Made by a program: the position numbers and the translations under genes. A stretch of DNA of 63,945 nt, filler included, from Collodictyon triciliatum (Eukaryota), in NCBI GenBank assembly GCA_043381765.1. It is 3 parts of 3 records of this genome, joined end to end, with 100 filler letters (N's around TTAATTAATTAA, not from the genome) between each part and the next. Parts side by side here need not be neighbours in the genome. Positions count along the whole stretch, not along the records: positions 21,680 to 43,243 come from JBHJMP010001186.1; 2 more parts are not named here. The stretch is one strand, 5' to 3'. Of this stretch, positions 27,285 through 41,700 are shown piece by piece (the first letter of the stretch is position 1; every line of letters begins with the position of its first letter). The notes under the pieces are model-generated. The model was not told the DNA's origin. It did no database searches and saw only the letters and a program-made list of their open reading frames with translations.

Positions 27285-29551
27285 TTAAAGTTTCGGTTTG
27301 GCTCTGCTTGCAAGGGCCTGGTTGGTGAATGATATTACACATAGTTCATATGTAAATTGAATAAAGTCCATATCCACAGTTTCAAAAGCCTTTAGCAAAA
27401 TATAATTTGTCATATATGAATGGAAAATCATTCATAGGGGTTCATGATAGCATCGTTTGTTCATTACGTCAAAGAACTTTTTCATCTTCAAATCCTGCTC
27501 ACTGAGGCCGAGTAAGTTATTTCCGACTTGGTTATAAATGGCTTGATGAAATTGAAAGATTGTAGAAAAGTTGAAAAAAAAGTTACGAAAATAATTTTGA
27601 ATTAGTTTTATAAATATATATTTGGGAAGAAGGCGATGTGATAATGCGATTGTCGTTTTGGAAATATCGGTAGAGCTCTTTGCAAGCCATGGGAAGCCAA
27701 TAAACACCTTTAGCCATCAAGCTGGTTTCTTGCTTAGCTCGATTTCGATATATGACCGCCCGGACTAGTTGTATGTCCTCATCATCAGGCTTGGCGTGGT
27801 GCGCTATTTCAATCTAAATTACAGAGTCATGAAATTGATATTACTACACAGACAAACAATATAATTACTAAAATTATATAACTTTCTCATTGTGCAACAG
27901 GGAATGTATTCCTCATCTCATAAGTTGGGTTAGTATCAAACCAATTCGCATGCCACTCGGAAATTACTTTTCTCTGCTAAATCTTGGGCTCGCCTAACAA
28001 TTTTACTGATATCTCCGCCTGCCACCCGGAGCTTTTCGATCATAAGTATTGTGCTTAGGAACCTCTGGTGGTTTTAGATTGCAGCTTTCAAAAAATCGAA
28101 TTATACCCATTCTTGAGCGATGTCTTTATCCGAAGCGGGTTTTAAAAAAGCTGGATTCTGCTCATACCAACCTTTTATTATTATTAGTATTATTTTATTA
28201 TGGCTATGTATGTTTTCGTTCATGACGGCAACAGAGGAAAAAAAAGCTTTTCTAAAAAAACACAGTTAGGTGAGAGAGAAAAAAAAGAAAAGAGTGAAAA
28301 AAAAAACCTGCGTACAAACGCCACATATTATGAACAATAAACTCAGGCTCGTCACTATTTGGAGATGTGGGTGGTCAGTTGAATACATGAGATTATATTT
28401 ACGATAAAAATGAAGATATCAGACGCGTGGTTACTAAGTGGGTTGTAAGTATGGTCTTTGCATCAAATCCGTGGGATATTTCATGTTGTGAATGATGTAG
28501 TTCAGAGATTTTCCTGTAAAAAAATATTAATATATGACAGAATGATGAGTCTGTATTGCCTATGAGGGTTGAATATCGATAAATCAATGTATTTGCTACC
28601 TTCATTTATCATTTTAAGGGACTGAGAGATAATGGACCGCAAGAAATCTGCAGTTTCATTCAGGGCCTGTTTGATGCGTTGGGAACCAACAATCGGTGAC
28701 CCATGACCTTCATAGACACCATACTTTTAACTAGAGGGAAGCGACTAATATAACCAAAACACCTTAAAAAATGCTATTCAAAGTATGACGGGCTGCGCTG
28801 GGACGGGGCTAGTATTACAAAGGGAAAACCTGGGAACATTAGTTCAGCATCAACACTGGCCATGTTGCGTAGAGCATTTTCCCACTCCAACTATCAAGTA
28901 TGATAAATGAGTCAAATAAGCAGGTGAAATGGATTTCCTATATTTTTCCCCTCTTCACAATATAAACATATAATGCCATTTATAATCGATTCATGGCTAG
29001 TCTGAAATTTATCAACTCACGGGGTATCTTTGAGCTTTTTGGGGATTACCACAATTTGGGGTGAGGGAGTTAGGGAAATAATCAAAGTGAATGCACATAT
29101 ATTAAATTAAAAGTATGTAATTCCCAATTTGTCACATGTGAAATCATCTAGTCGAAAACATATGACGGAGCGTAAGTAGAAAAGGATATCATGCCCAAAT
29201 GAACAGATCACCAGCACAGACCAATTTTAGTGTGGGGAAATGAACCCTAAAATTTTAATCAATTGAAGGCTTGTCAAACTGTATAAATTTAATTGGAACT
29301 ATCGTTTAATACGTAGTAATGGAGAGGTTTATTGAAGAAGGCTTATGCAGGTCCACTCTTTCTTTTTTTTTTACAACTATATATACCATGTAGCATCATC
29401 TGTTTCTCCTCTCTCGTGCTTGAGACGAACAGGAACACCACCAACGTCGATGTTCAATTCCTTATCATAGGTTACATCTGGATATCGGAACTGAGTAAAA
29501 AAGTCTCCCTTTTCTAGAGAGAATTGTCTCCGATTGATGATTGAATTAAAT
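27285..29551 (-). CDS. Alkyl-sulfatase-like metallo-beta-lactamase-fold hydrolase with dimerisation domain (5' part in gap)
   Basis: Spliced: INRRQF...RYPDVTY...RGETDDATW|VHFP...CAGDLFIWAC|PNCGNPQKAQRYP|LEWENALRNM...MFPG|HGSPIVG...PYLQPTY|DEPEFIVHNMWRLYAG|WYEQNPA...ETSLMAK. These motifs are typical of SdsA/alkyl-sulfatase-dimerisation family proteins. Confidence 0.85.
29061..29189 (-). other. U12-type (minor spliceosome) AT-AC intron
   Basis: 5' site ATATCCTTTT; branch site TTCCCTAAC about 10 nt before the terminal AC. Removal gives in-frame W-A-C-P-N-C-G-N-P-Q-K. Confidence 0.92.
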
Positions 29552-30220
29552 CTAAAAGAAACAAACGTGGAAAAAATATTAATTNNNNNNNNNNNNNNNN
29601 NNNNNNNNNNNNNNNNNNNNNNNNNNNNNNNNNNNNNNNNNNNNNNNNNNNNNNNNNNNNNNNNNNNNNNNNNNNNNNNNNNNNNNNNNNNNNNNNNNNN
29701 NNNNNNNNNNNNNNNNNNNNNNNNNNNNNNNNNNNNNNNNNNNNNNNNNNNNNNNNNNNNNNNNNNNNNNNNNNNNNNNNNNNNNNNNNNNNNNNNNNNN
29801 NNNNNNNNNNNNNNNNNNNNNNNNNNNNNNNNNNNNNNNNNNNNNNNNNNNNNNNNNNNNNNNNNNNNNNNNNNNNNNNNNNNNNNNNNNNNNNNNNNNN
29901 NNNNNNNNNNNNNNNNNNNNNNNNNNNNNNNNNNNNNNNNNNNNNNNNNNNNNNNNNNNNNNNNNNNNNNNNNNNNNNNNNNNNNNNNNNNNNNNNNNNN
30001 NNNNNNNNNNNNNNNNNNNNNNNNNNNNNNNNNNNNNNNNNNNNNNNNNNNNNNNNNNNNNNNNNNNNNNNNNNNNNNNNNNNNNNNNNNNNNNNNNNNN
30101 NNNNNNNNNNNNNNNNNNNNNNNNNNNNNNNNNNNNNNNNNNNNNNNNNNNNNNNNNNNNNNNNNNNTAAAGAAAAGGAAATAAAGCTGCCTCTGATCTT
30201 TGCTGTGTAAGAACACTGCG

Positions 30221-33200
30221 ATGGATTCCAATCGCAAGGGCGGCCTTCTGAAGTTCTTCTCGAGCGGGTCGGCGTCAAACTCGGGCGTTTCATCAGCCTC
30301 CGCTTCACCCACGTCGTCGCCGCATCTCGGTCCGCTCTTTCGATCCTCAGGTTCAAACGCGAAGAGTTCCAGCCAGAGCATACTTTCAATCACCACCCCA
30401 ACACCCTTGACCGCGTGAGCATTATTTCTTAACTTTTTTTCATTTCATTTGTTTTTTTTCTTAATTTTTTATTTTTTATTTTGTTTTTCTCCTTGATGCC
30501 CTTTTGTTTGGCTGAAAATATGATGACAGTTCATATTGAATATGTTTCAACCGGAAACATTGTATGACTTTTTGCAGAGCTCAAACATTTGACGAAGGGA
30601 TTGCTGGTAGCCTAAGCGAATTGGAATGCATCGATTTACTGGAAGAAGATGATTTACTGGTAGCCGAACATTGTTTTTTTTTTAATTTCATTAAACATTA
30701 TATGCTTTTAAAAAAACGCGTCTCTGACCTATGTTTCTGTATTCGAGTAGAGGATTCGGGTTCTGTGATTATTTCTGCTCATTCCTTTCTCAAAAGATTT
30801 TATAAAGAGATTGATGACACCTGTGTGTGGGTTAAATGACTTTTTGGTATTCAGGAATACATCCCTGTCGTGCAAAAATTCGCTGATCGCTATATGACAT
30901 GGACTGTAGACGATAATCCATTCACTCAGCATGTCGTAAGCTTTGTATTGTGCAATCAATTAACTTTGTTGCTATTTGTATAGAAAAACATTCCTTTCGT
31001 GCCATGTCAGGTTTCAATATTTGTATTATTACCATAAAAAAAATCGCTAGAAACACCACGACATCATTCTAAAATGCATGACAAATCGGGTTTTTTCTTT
31101 CGCAGTCGACAACGTGACAAAGAGTAATCCTTCTATCTTCTGCATTCATTTCATTTCACTTTAGTTCATTTGACACCTACACGAATCTAATCATCACTTA
31201 TTTGCTCCCCTTATCTGCTTTATTCCTAGTCCTATGCCGCCCAAATGATTCCCTTCCGACATCAGACCATGTCACCATCGAAACTATTCGCCACTACTGC
31301 ATCTTATTGCGCTCGCCCCAGAATCGTGAGGCTCTCGTACAGTTTCAACAAAAAGACGCATCTTTTACCTATTACACTGCTATTTCTCGCTTCTGTCTGG
31401 CTTTGTACGGGTGGCTATACACTTGGAGCAATGCAGACCGAACGCCAGATGGTCCGGGTCCATCTGTTCCCAAAACTGTGATCTTTCCAGACTACGTGCT
31501 GACGTGCTTAGAACTGGCAGTGGATATCCTCGACTGTCTTGTGCAGCCAGGCTTTTTCAATAGCAAAGTTTGGCCATCCTCAAAGGTGATGACATACGGG
31601 ATACCTTTATATTTATCACGCTAAATGTAAAAAACAAAAACAAAAACGGCACCATTCTTTCTTTTCAAATATTTTCATTCCTTGTACGATTCATCACTGC
31701 CTTTCCCCCAAACAACATTCAATTAGAATACCTTAAAAAACCGTTGTCACTTCACTCATCTGTCATTATCATAATTCGACAAAAAATACAGTTGTCGACA
31801 GTCGCCCGCTATTCTGAGCAACAAAAGAAGGAGTGGATGAGAAAGAGTATCTACCACGATTCCTCCGGAGAAAACACTCATGTTATCAAAGCCATCGCCA
31901 GTCTACTCCCAAGTACCCTCAAATCCTTAATGAATACATACCGTAGATTTGCTGTGATGTTTTGGTATCACTTAAATGATAAACTCATCTTCGATTTTAC
32001 CGCAAAATAAGCAAACTGTTGATTTAATACCACTCAATCATTTTGCTACTTACATATTCATGGAGTAGTGTCCATATTTCATCTTGAAGTAACAAAATAA
32101 AATTACTCTGTCCAGGTGCCATCACATCTTTGACAAAGAGTTTGAAAACTTACATGAATTCAAGCTTTGAGGCAATGATTCAGAGAAAAATAATTCTAGT
32201 TCAAGACCTCCTTATCCAGCTGGAATGTTATTTCATGATTGTTAGCCCTCTCCTGGTATACCTGTTTTCTTTTGATGCCTATATGGACTCCCTTCCATTT
32301 ATTTTTTTTTTATTTATTTTGAACCATATTTATCAAACTACAGTCTCATCACCACATAATATAATACAATATAAAATAAATAGGACGGTTCTGAAGAAAT
32401 TCTAGTAACGCTTTCGGCACATCTTCCGTTCTGGGCCGAGAGTCTCGATAAATGGTCATTTCAAATCGCGAAACTAATACAGTTCATTATTATTTTACGT
32501 ATTTTTTTTTGAAATTGGCTTGAATCTACGACATTACTCTAAACTGACATTCACCACCCAAATTGGATTGCTTCAGCTCCCTGTCATATCGAGAAACCTT
32601 AGGAAACTTGGCTCTTCTAGCATTTCACATATCTACTCATATCGCGTAATTACCAGCTTAATCCGTCTAACTGAATTAAAGAATAAATTTTTTTTAGCTA
32701 AACACACTCACTATGTCTAATACCTTCATTAATCTATGCACATTTATACACTTAGAATCCGTGTTCCAAGGACAGACCCTGCTGTAGCTGATAGTATCAT
32801 CAATAATATATCGCTGTTTGTCCAGATGGATATGATGTAAGCCATTTTCTTCCTTCAAAAAGAATTATAAGATCATTCCAACTTCGCGACGATATTCAAA
32901 ATGTGCCCGATCCAATTAACTTGTTCGTCGCTGTATATATTCCTCTGTTCGACGATTGTGTACAGGAGATATACACTCCCCAGTGCTCGTTCATCCGAGA
33001 GCAAGGACCATGTATTGAGTCCGTCCATTTTCCTCTTGAGTCTCCAAGAAACTGCCAAAGGAGAACCAATGCACCTAGAATTTACTCGAGCTTTGTCTTT
33101 TCTGAAATTTGATGCAAAGGTAATCCCATTCTCACATCTTTCCATGAGTTCATCTCCTTTCCTATCTTCAACTTTTTCTTACAGGTAGTTTTGTTGATAA

Positions 33201-36200
33201 TTACATATGCAATCTAGTTGAATATGTTTTTAATTTGCTTTTTTTTTTTAAAAAATATATATATATCAGGACATTGTTCTTACAGTGGAAAGCTCAATAG
33301 TAAGCAACATCTTGTTGACTCACATCATTAACTACTGTGCTTTGAGCTCGTGGTCTGTTGCAGATAAACAGACTGAGCCCCAAAATTCAGTAGAAACAAT
33401 ATTGTCCTGGAAACTTCTTCCAAACTTAATTCTTAAAGCCGCTGGTTTAATTGAAAACATGGACCTCAGCCAAGGATTACACGAAGAAGAATCAGTTTAT
33501 CTGTACGCACTTCATTTATCCTTTTTATATATATATATATATATATTTATGACTACTAATTTTATGTGTGTGGGCGGAAATTTGAATGACTAGAATGTCA
33601 TTAGTCAGTAATTTTTGTGTTATCAGAGAACGATTGACTTCATTTCCTATTGCTGACCGTTGTTTTCTCTATTTTGAAGACTCTATCCTATACCCCAACT
33701 ATTGTGGATACGCTGTATGTCCACATGTCTTTCTGCATCACCCGAAGATGAAATCAATGATATACTGCAACATTCTACTTGGTCGTTCTTATTGTCTCCA
33801 CATTCCATGCTTTTGCCGTATGAAATGGAAAATAAATCATCGCAGTTTTCGCATTTTAAAGAAGGTATGTATCAGTCAACACACTTCTTTATGTCAGACA
33901 CATGAAAATTTAATAAATCATAAATAATTGTATTTTTTCTTTAGTATTAAAGAAATAAGATGGAAAGATAATTTCTATGTGGTTTATGTATGATTCATCG
34001 CAGACATTCTTCCATTACTGTTCAATACATATGAGAAAGGGCGTATCCCAGTATTCGCACCCTTGGCTCTTCGAAACGGATTGAGTGAGAGCAACATCAT
34101 TATGCATAAGTATTTTTTCCCTGCAGGAATGAAGTCATGATAACGCCGAAGTGTTGATTTTTTATGTATCATCTTATTCTATTTTATTTTTCTCTTTCCC
34201 TTTCCCCCTCTCTTTAGCATATTCTGTACCACCAATAACTCACTTGCTGACTTACCTACAGCCAAGTTCAATATGGAGTGAGTGATTTTATCATTCTAAG
34301 CTGCTGTCATTACATTGATACTGGAGTGCCTCCTGACGTCGCCTGGAATGTAACTCTGGTTTGATTCTAATTCTTCATTACTTCCTTATCAGATGTGAAC
34401 GTATGGCTCATTCACTATCTAAGCATAATAATACTTCAACGCCTTCTTGTGCAAGCGACATTTTATTTCATTTGCTATTGTTTCATCCAGAATGGGTTGA
34501 TTTGTTTCCAAAACACTCCTTCTCTGGTGTGCCAGTTTCTTGGGATTGTGCGAAGGTTTCCCCTTTCACAGACATATTACAGAATAGTTATAATACACTC
34601 ATAGTACATTGTTCCAATTCCAAATAAATCTTACATTTATCCTATTTTTTTCTCAACCAAGGGCTCTCTCCTACAAATCTCTTGAGACGGTCCAAGCCTC
34701 TCGGCGAAATGAGGCCCTCGAAGCCGTCTTTGCAGTAGTTTATAGCTATTTTGGGTACGTATTGTTGAATTTTTTTTTTTTGAGTTCATTGAAACGAAAT
34801 CTTAATCTGACTGATTACCATTTCCATGTCACCAAAAATATTCAGATGTTTAAAATAAATTTGATCAGGAATGAGAATCGTGTGCATCCCTCTCAACTTG
34901 AATGGATGGAGTTGGTTAAGACCCATCTAGTCGCCACAGCTGTATGCCAAAGCCATACTCATGAAATAAATACCAGTTCTTCTGTTTTATTTTCTCATTT
35001 AAAAAATACTCCCCACTAAACTTATTATCTTTTCTTCTTTCTCCATGAATTCAGTCGATGATAATATTGACAATAAGCCGGTCAAACTCTCAGGCTAGCG
35101 AACTAGTTGCTTGGTTTGAAGTAATAAGATTTATTTTAATTTTTTTAAAACACATACGGAAATTTTATGTTCTCTATTTTGTTGACAACTAAAATCATGA
35201 TGAAATCACCTTATTATACACATTATTTTTAAATAACATCAACAAAATCTCTCAGGTCGTAATGGGTTATGCATTCCAACAGAAAACGCGGTCTTACTTC
35301 TCTGAGTTATTATTTGGAATTCTGATTAGTCAAGCAGATTGTGAAGTTTCGAGGCGAAGAGATATTTATACGAGATTCTGCGAATACTTTTCGAAGTTGA
35401 CATTTATTTATAATATAATTTTCTTCCACAACGAATATAACCCCTTATTTGAAAGGGATGTCACAATTATTTCACATTAATTTTAAATGTATTAGGGCTA
35501 TTGAGATTGAGGATGTGTACATGAGAATGGACTCTATCCAATATTTAATCCAAACCGTTCAAAGGCTTGTTGAAATGGACCGAAATGCAAAAGTGAGGGT
35601 TCAACTCATTTTATCCTTCATTTTCCATTTTCCATTTTCTGTATGCGCCAGAATGAATACCTATGCTGCTCATTATCTGAAAATAATTGTCATTATAGGC
35701 ATGGCTCTGCGCTGGTGATATCTTCCTTCAGATGACCAACTGGCTCAACAGTCAGTATTCTAGAGATCTGTGTAATGACGTCTTAAAAACGATACTGTTA
35801 TTGCTGGCAGAAGACTCTACTTGCAAGGTATCATCACAAATAAGGACTTGTTCAATTCAGCATATGAATTCCAGACACTCATAAAGAAGTTTTCCTGTAA
35901 TTTATATATATATATTTGCTTAATGGGCAGCTTTTTGAACATCCCAATACGTACCATTCTTAAACATCTGAATCAAAAGAAATCGTTCGTGGAAAAAATT
36001 GGATACGACACACTTGCTAGTTTGTTACTCAGAGCAGAGGGAGATAGCGTGTCAGAGACTACAATAACAACGCTATTTGAAATTGTACCACTACAAACTA
36101 TGAAACACACTTCATGCAATCTTAAAACATAAGAGAATATCTTCTCATGTCACCACACAATTCTTTTAGGGAATAGTGTCCATATTTTGTGTCGAAAATT

Positions 36201-38681
36201 AACGGAATAAATAATAGGTCTCTGATGTTCATCCTGGCTCTGAAATCCAAGAGTATTCACTGAATAATACTGAAATTCTGCCGATGATCTTAAAGCTAGC
36301 TAACAAATCGAAAGAGCCCAAAATTCTGGTTGGATCTCGAACATCAATTAATAGCTTTGTGTATCTATTCCTAAGACTATATATTGTCTTGTTTCTTATT
36401 CTAAGCCATGAATATATTCGACTTTATTTTATCTGTAGCTTAAGGTCTTGTCCTTTTTTTGCGAACACACGGATACAAGAGAGTTTTCAAGGAGCCAGCT
36501 GTGTAGTGCAGGGATTCTGGACATTCTAATTGACATGATTCCGCATCTTCTTCCGAGCCACATTGCATATGGTAGGCTAAAATGGCATTTTAACTTAGCC
36601 CAGTAAATCATGTACCATTTGACGCTTTCGGAACTGCTTTTCCATCGCCTCGTTGAACTAACGTTGAAGTCTAAAACTCATTTCAGAACGGTTTATTAAG
36701 CTCATATCAAATTTGGGTTCTTACTCGGCGACAGTAAGGCAGCTGAAGCAATTAATCAATTTATGCCGCCCGTCAAGGGATGAGAAAAGGGTTTGTCATC
36801 ACAGTGATTTTCTGACCAATATCAAAAAATAAATCACTCGGGTTTTCTGCATACGTACATCCTTGATTAATCTTCCCTCTTTTGCCTTCTTCCATCTATG
36901 CTAATATCTTTAAAGCCACCTTGGTCTCCTTTTGTGGTCCGCATTCTTCAGAACCTATCCTCAAAATCACAATCTCGCCATTTGTTTGACCTGCATGGTC
37001 CTCAAGTGGTAACGCTTAACGCTACGATATTATCACATTTGTAACTGAGTATTAAAATATTGTAATTTTGAAATGCTATCCATCAATACGTTTTCTACTC
37101 TGACCAATCGTCTTACATGACGCACTTTGTTTTTCTAGGGAATCCAGCTACCTGTGATGGAGGCATTTCCAGGCTCAAATGGATTTACTTTTGCTAGCTT
37201 TGTGAAAATTGACTCATTTAAAACAAAGAATATGTGCCGCCCGACTCTATTTAGGTAGAATAAAATATTATGTCTAGTATGCATAACGAGTTGACATGGC
37301 ATTCTTCAGTTCTCTTACATACTATGATGCACTATCCAACAGTTTCATGTCAAACATCTCTGATGGATTTGAGGCGTATTTTAAAGGAACCAAATTATGT
37401 TTTGAAGTGGTGGACTCGAAAAAAAATACGAAATCATCATACACGTTCAATCACGAGTTTGTAGCGCGTGACTTGCAGCTTTTATGTGTTCAACATGAGA
37501 CTTACATGGTAAACTCTGATTACTATTACTATCACTATTACTATCACTATCACTATCACTATCACTATCACTATCACTATCACTATCACTANNNNNNNNN
37601 NNNNNNNNNNNNNNNNNNNNNNNNNNNNNNNNNNNNNNNNNNNNNNNNNNNNNNNNNNNNNNNNNNNNNNNNNNNNNNNNNNNNNNNNNNNNNNNNNNNN
37701 NNNNNNNNNNNNNNNNNNNNNNNNNNNNNNNNNNNNNNNNNNNNNNNNNNNNNNNNNNNNNNNNNNNNNNNNNNNNNNNNNNNNNNNNNNNNNNNNNNNN
37801 NTTTTTTTTTAAAATTCACATTCACATACTAGACCGAGGAAATCAACACGATAAGGGAGGCACTCCTTCGTGAAAGTATTAAATTGAGAGGCGAATCAGA
37901 CTTGAAAACAAGAGAGCTTCGAAAACTTCAGACTCAGATGGAGACTGGTCAGTTGGATGCACAGCGCGATTATAAAGAAAAAAGTGAATCTCGTGAACTC
38001 CAGAGAAAATTTGTACAGCAAATCCAACTCCTGACTGATGAGAACGAAGAACTGAAAAGCTTCAAAGCTAAAACGATGAACGAGCTAGAGACATTGCGCG
38101 GTATCGAACGAAGGTACACCTAAATTTAAAGTACAATTATTTCGATTATCATCACAAAACAAATATGCCAGGTTTCTATGTGTGCTGAGTATTATTCATG
38201 TATTTTGAAAGAAAATCTCATTCACGCTCTTAAATGCATAATCTAGATATTCACAGATGAGAAAAATTTGGGAGCAGGAGATAACAGCGTTAACCAATGA
38301 GCGGGATGAAACAAAAAAGGCACACACAAAAATAATAAGAGATAAATATCATCAGCACTCCCATATGTATATTTGTTAAAACAAGCCTCCATCTATAGCT
38401 GGCCGAAGAGTCACAAAGGATACTCTCTGAACTACCACTGTCACGCTCAACTTTAACAGATCCCCTGGCTTCTTCGAGATTACGCGAGTCGATAATACAG
38501 GTTTTTCTCCTTTTAATCAAAAGCTCGTATCACAAGTAACACAAAAAGAGTTTATTAGTAACCGATTTATTGCTACACTAGGACAAACAAGAACTTATAC
38601 AAATGGTGCATAAGCAAAAAGAAGAATTAGATATGCTTCGGTCTCAGTCAGGTATACTTCTGTCCTTCCTTTAAATTATGC

Positions 38682-38757
<76 letters not shown>

Positions 38758-41700
38758 TGCAAATTATTGATTCAATTTATTGTACTGGATGGTATGTTTA
38801 TATCCCTGATTGTATTCTATTGCTTTTTATATGATTGATATCATCATTACTTTTCCACGTGTGCAATTAGACATCAGCACCAGAGACTGATCTACCTGAT
38901 GTATAGGAATAGCTGTTCAGCGAGACGGAGATGAAGAGTCAAATAAGGTCAAGTCACTAGAGTTTCGCGTACAAACAGTGGAGCAAGAGTTACAACTCCA
39001 ACGAGACTATGGATTACGGGAAAGAAAGGCTTTTGAGAAGGAGAGATTATGTTTTGAAGAAGAGAAGACTCAATTGAGGTTGGATATTTCAAATATGGAA
39101 AAGAGGTACCAAGAAGAACTTCAGTTGGAAGAGATGAAGTCTCAAAGACTTGAGCAGCAATTAGAAAAAGCCGAACAGCGATATTCAGGTTGTGATATAT
39201 ATATGTTTTCTTTCAGTATCATGCTTTTTTATACACGAAAATGCACTGTTCATCATACAAGACCTTGGTTGACGTAAGTTAGACAAGTGTGACTGTAATC
39301 ATTGAGTTAAATTTTCTATTTAATATAACAGAATTGACTGCAAATTCAAGTGGGGCACTAGGTGAATTGGAAAAGACCATATCTGACATGATTATACTCC
39401 AGACTGCTGTAAAAATGGGAGAACGAAAAGTCAAAGACCTCGAATTGCGTATCGAAGAAGGAAACCGGTGATTTTGCCTCTTCCATCATCGTTAACTTCT
39501 CTTTATTGGGAGAAATAACCACTCACCTCATTCGATTTATTTATTTTTAACTTCATGTCAGAGAGAGGGAATATATTTTACAAAAGCTGTCGGAAGCAGA
39601 GAAAGCCAATTCTCAAATTAGAAAACTACACCAAGATTTGATAGAGTCGAAGTAAATAAAACTTTCCCTGTAAAAATAATAATGTGCGTTTAATATATTC
39701 TAGAAGATTTAACATTTCCTTTTTTTTTTTTATTTCTCTTTCCATGAGAGCCAACTTATATTTTTTTCTTTGATTGCTATTTTACCCAGGACAAGGAACG
39801 AAGGTCTCGCTTTTAGCTTGGCCAATATTGAGGAAGATGTGAAGAGAAAACAGAGGAAAATAGATGCCCTCACTCAACAACTCGACTTGCAAAACGCTGA
39901 GATTCACAAACTGAAAGAAAAGAAACAAATGGAGCTTTATTCTTCAACATCTGAGCGGGTATGCCAGCTTCACGGTTATTTAATATCTAGTCTTGGATGT
40001 CATACAGTTTGTACTTTACACTTTAGAGTAAAAATAATATCTCCTAGGGAGCAGATAAAATAATAAGTGAGAGAACAATCATCGAAATACAAGATATGAG
40101 GAGAAAGAATTCTGAGCTACAAATGCAGCTAACGAGGTTTGTGACATAGCCAATTACTATATCCATAATAACCGCAATATCCAAAATAACCATGAACTGA
40201 AATAAAATTAAATAAACATATACCCTTTTCGACTACAGTATACAGGCTCTTATTGATTCTAGTATGTCTATCTTATCATTACAACCGAGTGATGCTTCTG
40301 AAGCGAAGAAAATGGAATTACTTTATCTTAATATCGAAGAGCTGGCCCGCAGTAAGACTTTCAAAGAATATGGCGACCCATTCAAACCCCTTTGTATCTC
40401 ACGATGTAGGGTGTAAACTAACCCACTCATATGTATTATCATTCACTTTTATTCCTCACTACAACTTGTACTCTAGGGAGGCATCGATTCGAACAAATGG
40501 AGAAGGTCTTTGCTTCTTTTCGTTAATCTATGAATCCGTTCATGATTGATTTATTGCAAAATTCCTTTAACTGTTATTCAATATTTTCTTACCTCGAACG
40601 GAAAAAAAAAAAAACCAAAGGAAATCGTCAAGATGAAGCTCTCTCTTGAAAAGCTCAATCGACATAGGGCTAATTTGATTGAACAAAAGAGATATTTGTC
40701 TCTTCAATTAGAGCTTACTAAACTCAAGTATGTCATTTTTATTTTTATTTATTTTTATGTAAAATGATTACCCACTTTTCCATGAAAAGCGAAATCTTTA
40801 TTAATTATTCTATATTAGGACCAATTTCAACAGGAGCCAAGGGCTACTGTCTTTCAGGCAAACAGCAGAGTCCACACCAAACATTAAATCTCGACAGAGG
40901 TTGAGAAGCTCTGTGTTAGCTGTCATAATCATTTGCCGATTCAGGTTTTTTTTTTTTTTTTTTTTGCTATTTGAGCTACATATCTTAACATATCTCCATA
41001 GAATCATATGAACATGTAATTTTCTTGTTTCTTAAATATTTCCGTTTTTTTTCTTTGCACATTTGTTTCTAGGAGACACCCACAAACTCAACACACCATT
41101 CAAGCACAAGCATCATTACAGAAATCTGAGGCAGACTTTGAGCATTATCTCACTCAACTCCGACAGAAGGAAGATAACATTCGCACGCTCCGGCTTCAGA
41201 TGCAATCATACGAGGTAGCACAGGCACATGATACCCCGTTTTAGTTTATTTCAAGATGCTAATTCGATCCACCTAATTGCCCTTGATTTTTTTTATTATA
41301 AAAAGAACAACATAAATCAGAGCACGAAAAGAAGAAAAAGAAAACATAGGTAAGGAAAAAAATGTTTGAAGGAATGAACACTATCGTTACAAAATTTTAG
41401 AACCAGGTCTCTCAGCAGCGCCAACTCGCGTTAGATTATCAAAATCTGCAGGCACGCTATGTAACATTGCTGGGAGAGCACAAGGATAAAGTAAGTTCAT
41501 CTGATATTCGTCATTTCCATATCTTCATCCCTGCCATCAGTTTTTAAACCATATTACTAGATAAAATGCGATGAATTTCTTTTCTCTTTTCTCTTTTATT
41601 TTTGTTCTCTTTTGTTTTTGTTTTCATTTCGTTTTCGTTTTCGTTTTCGTTATTTTTCTTTTCTTTTTCCTTTTTTCCTTTATTAAGACAAAGACTAAAT

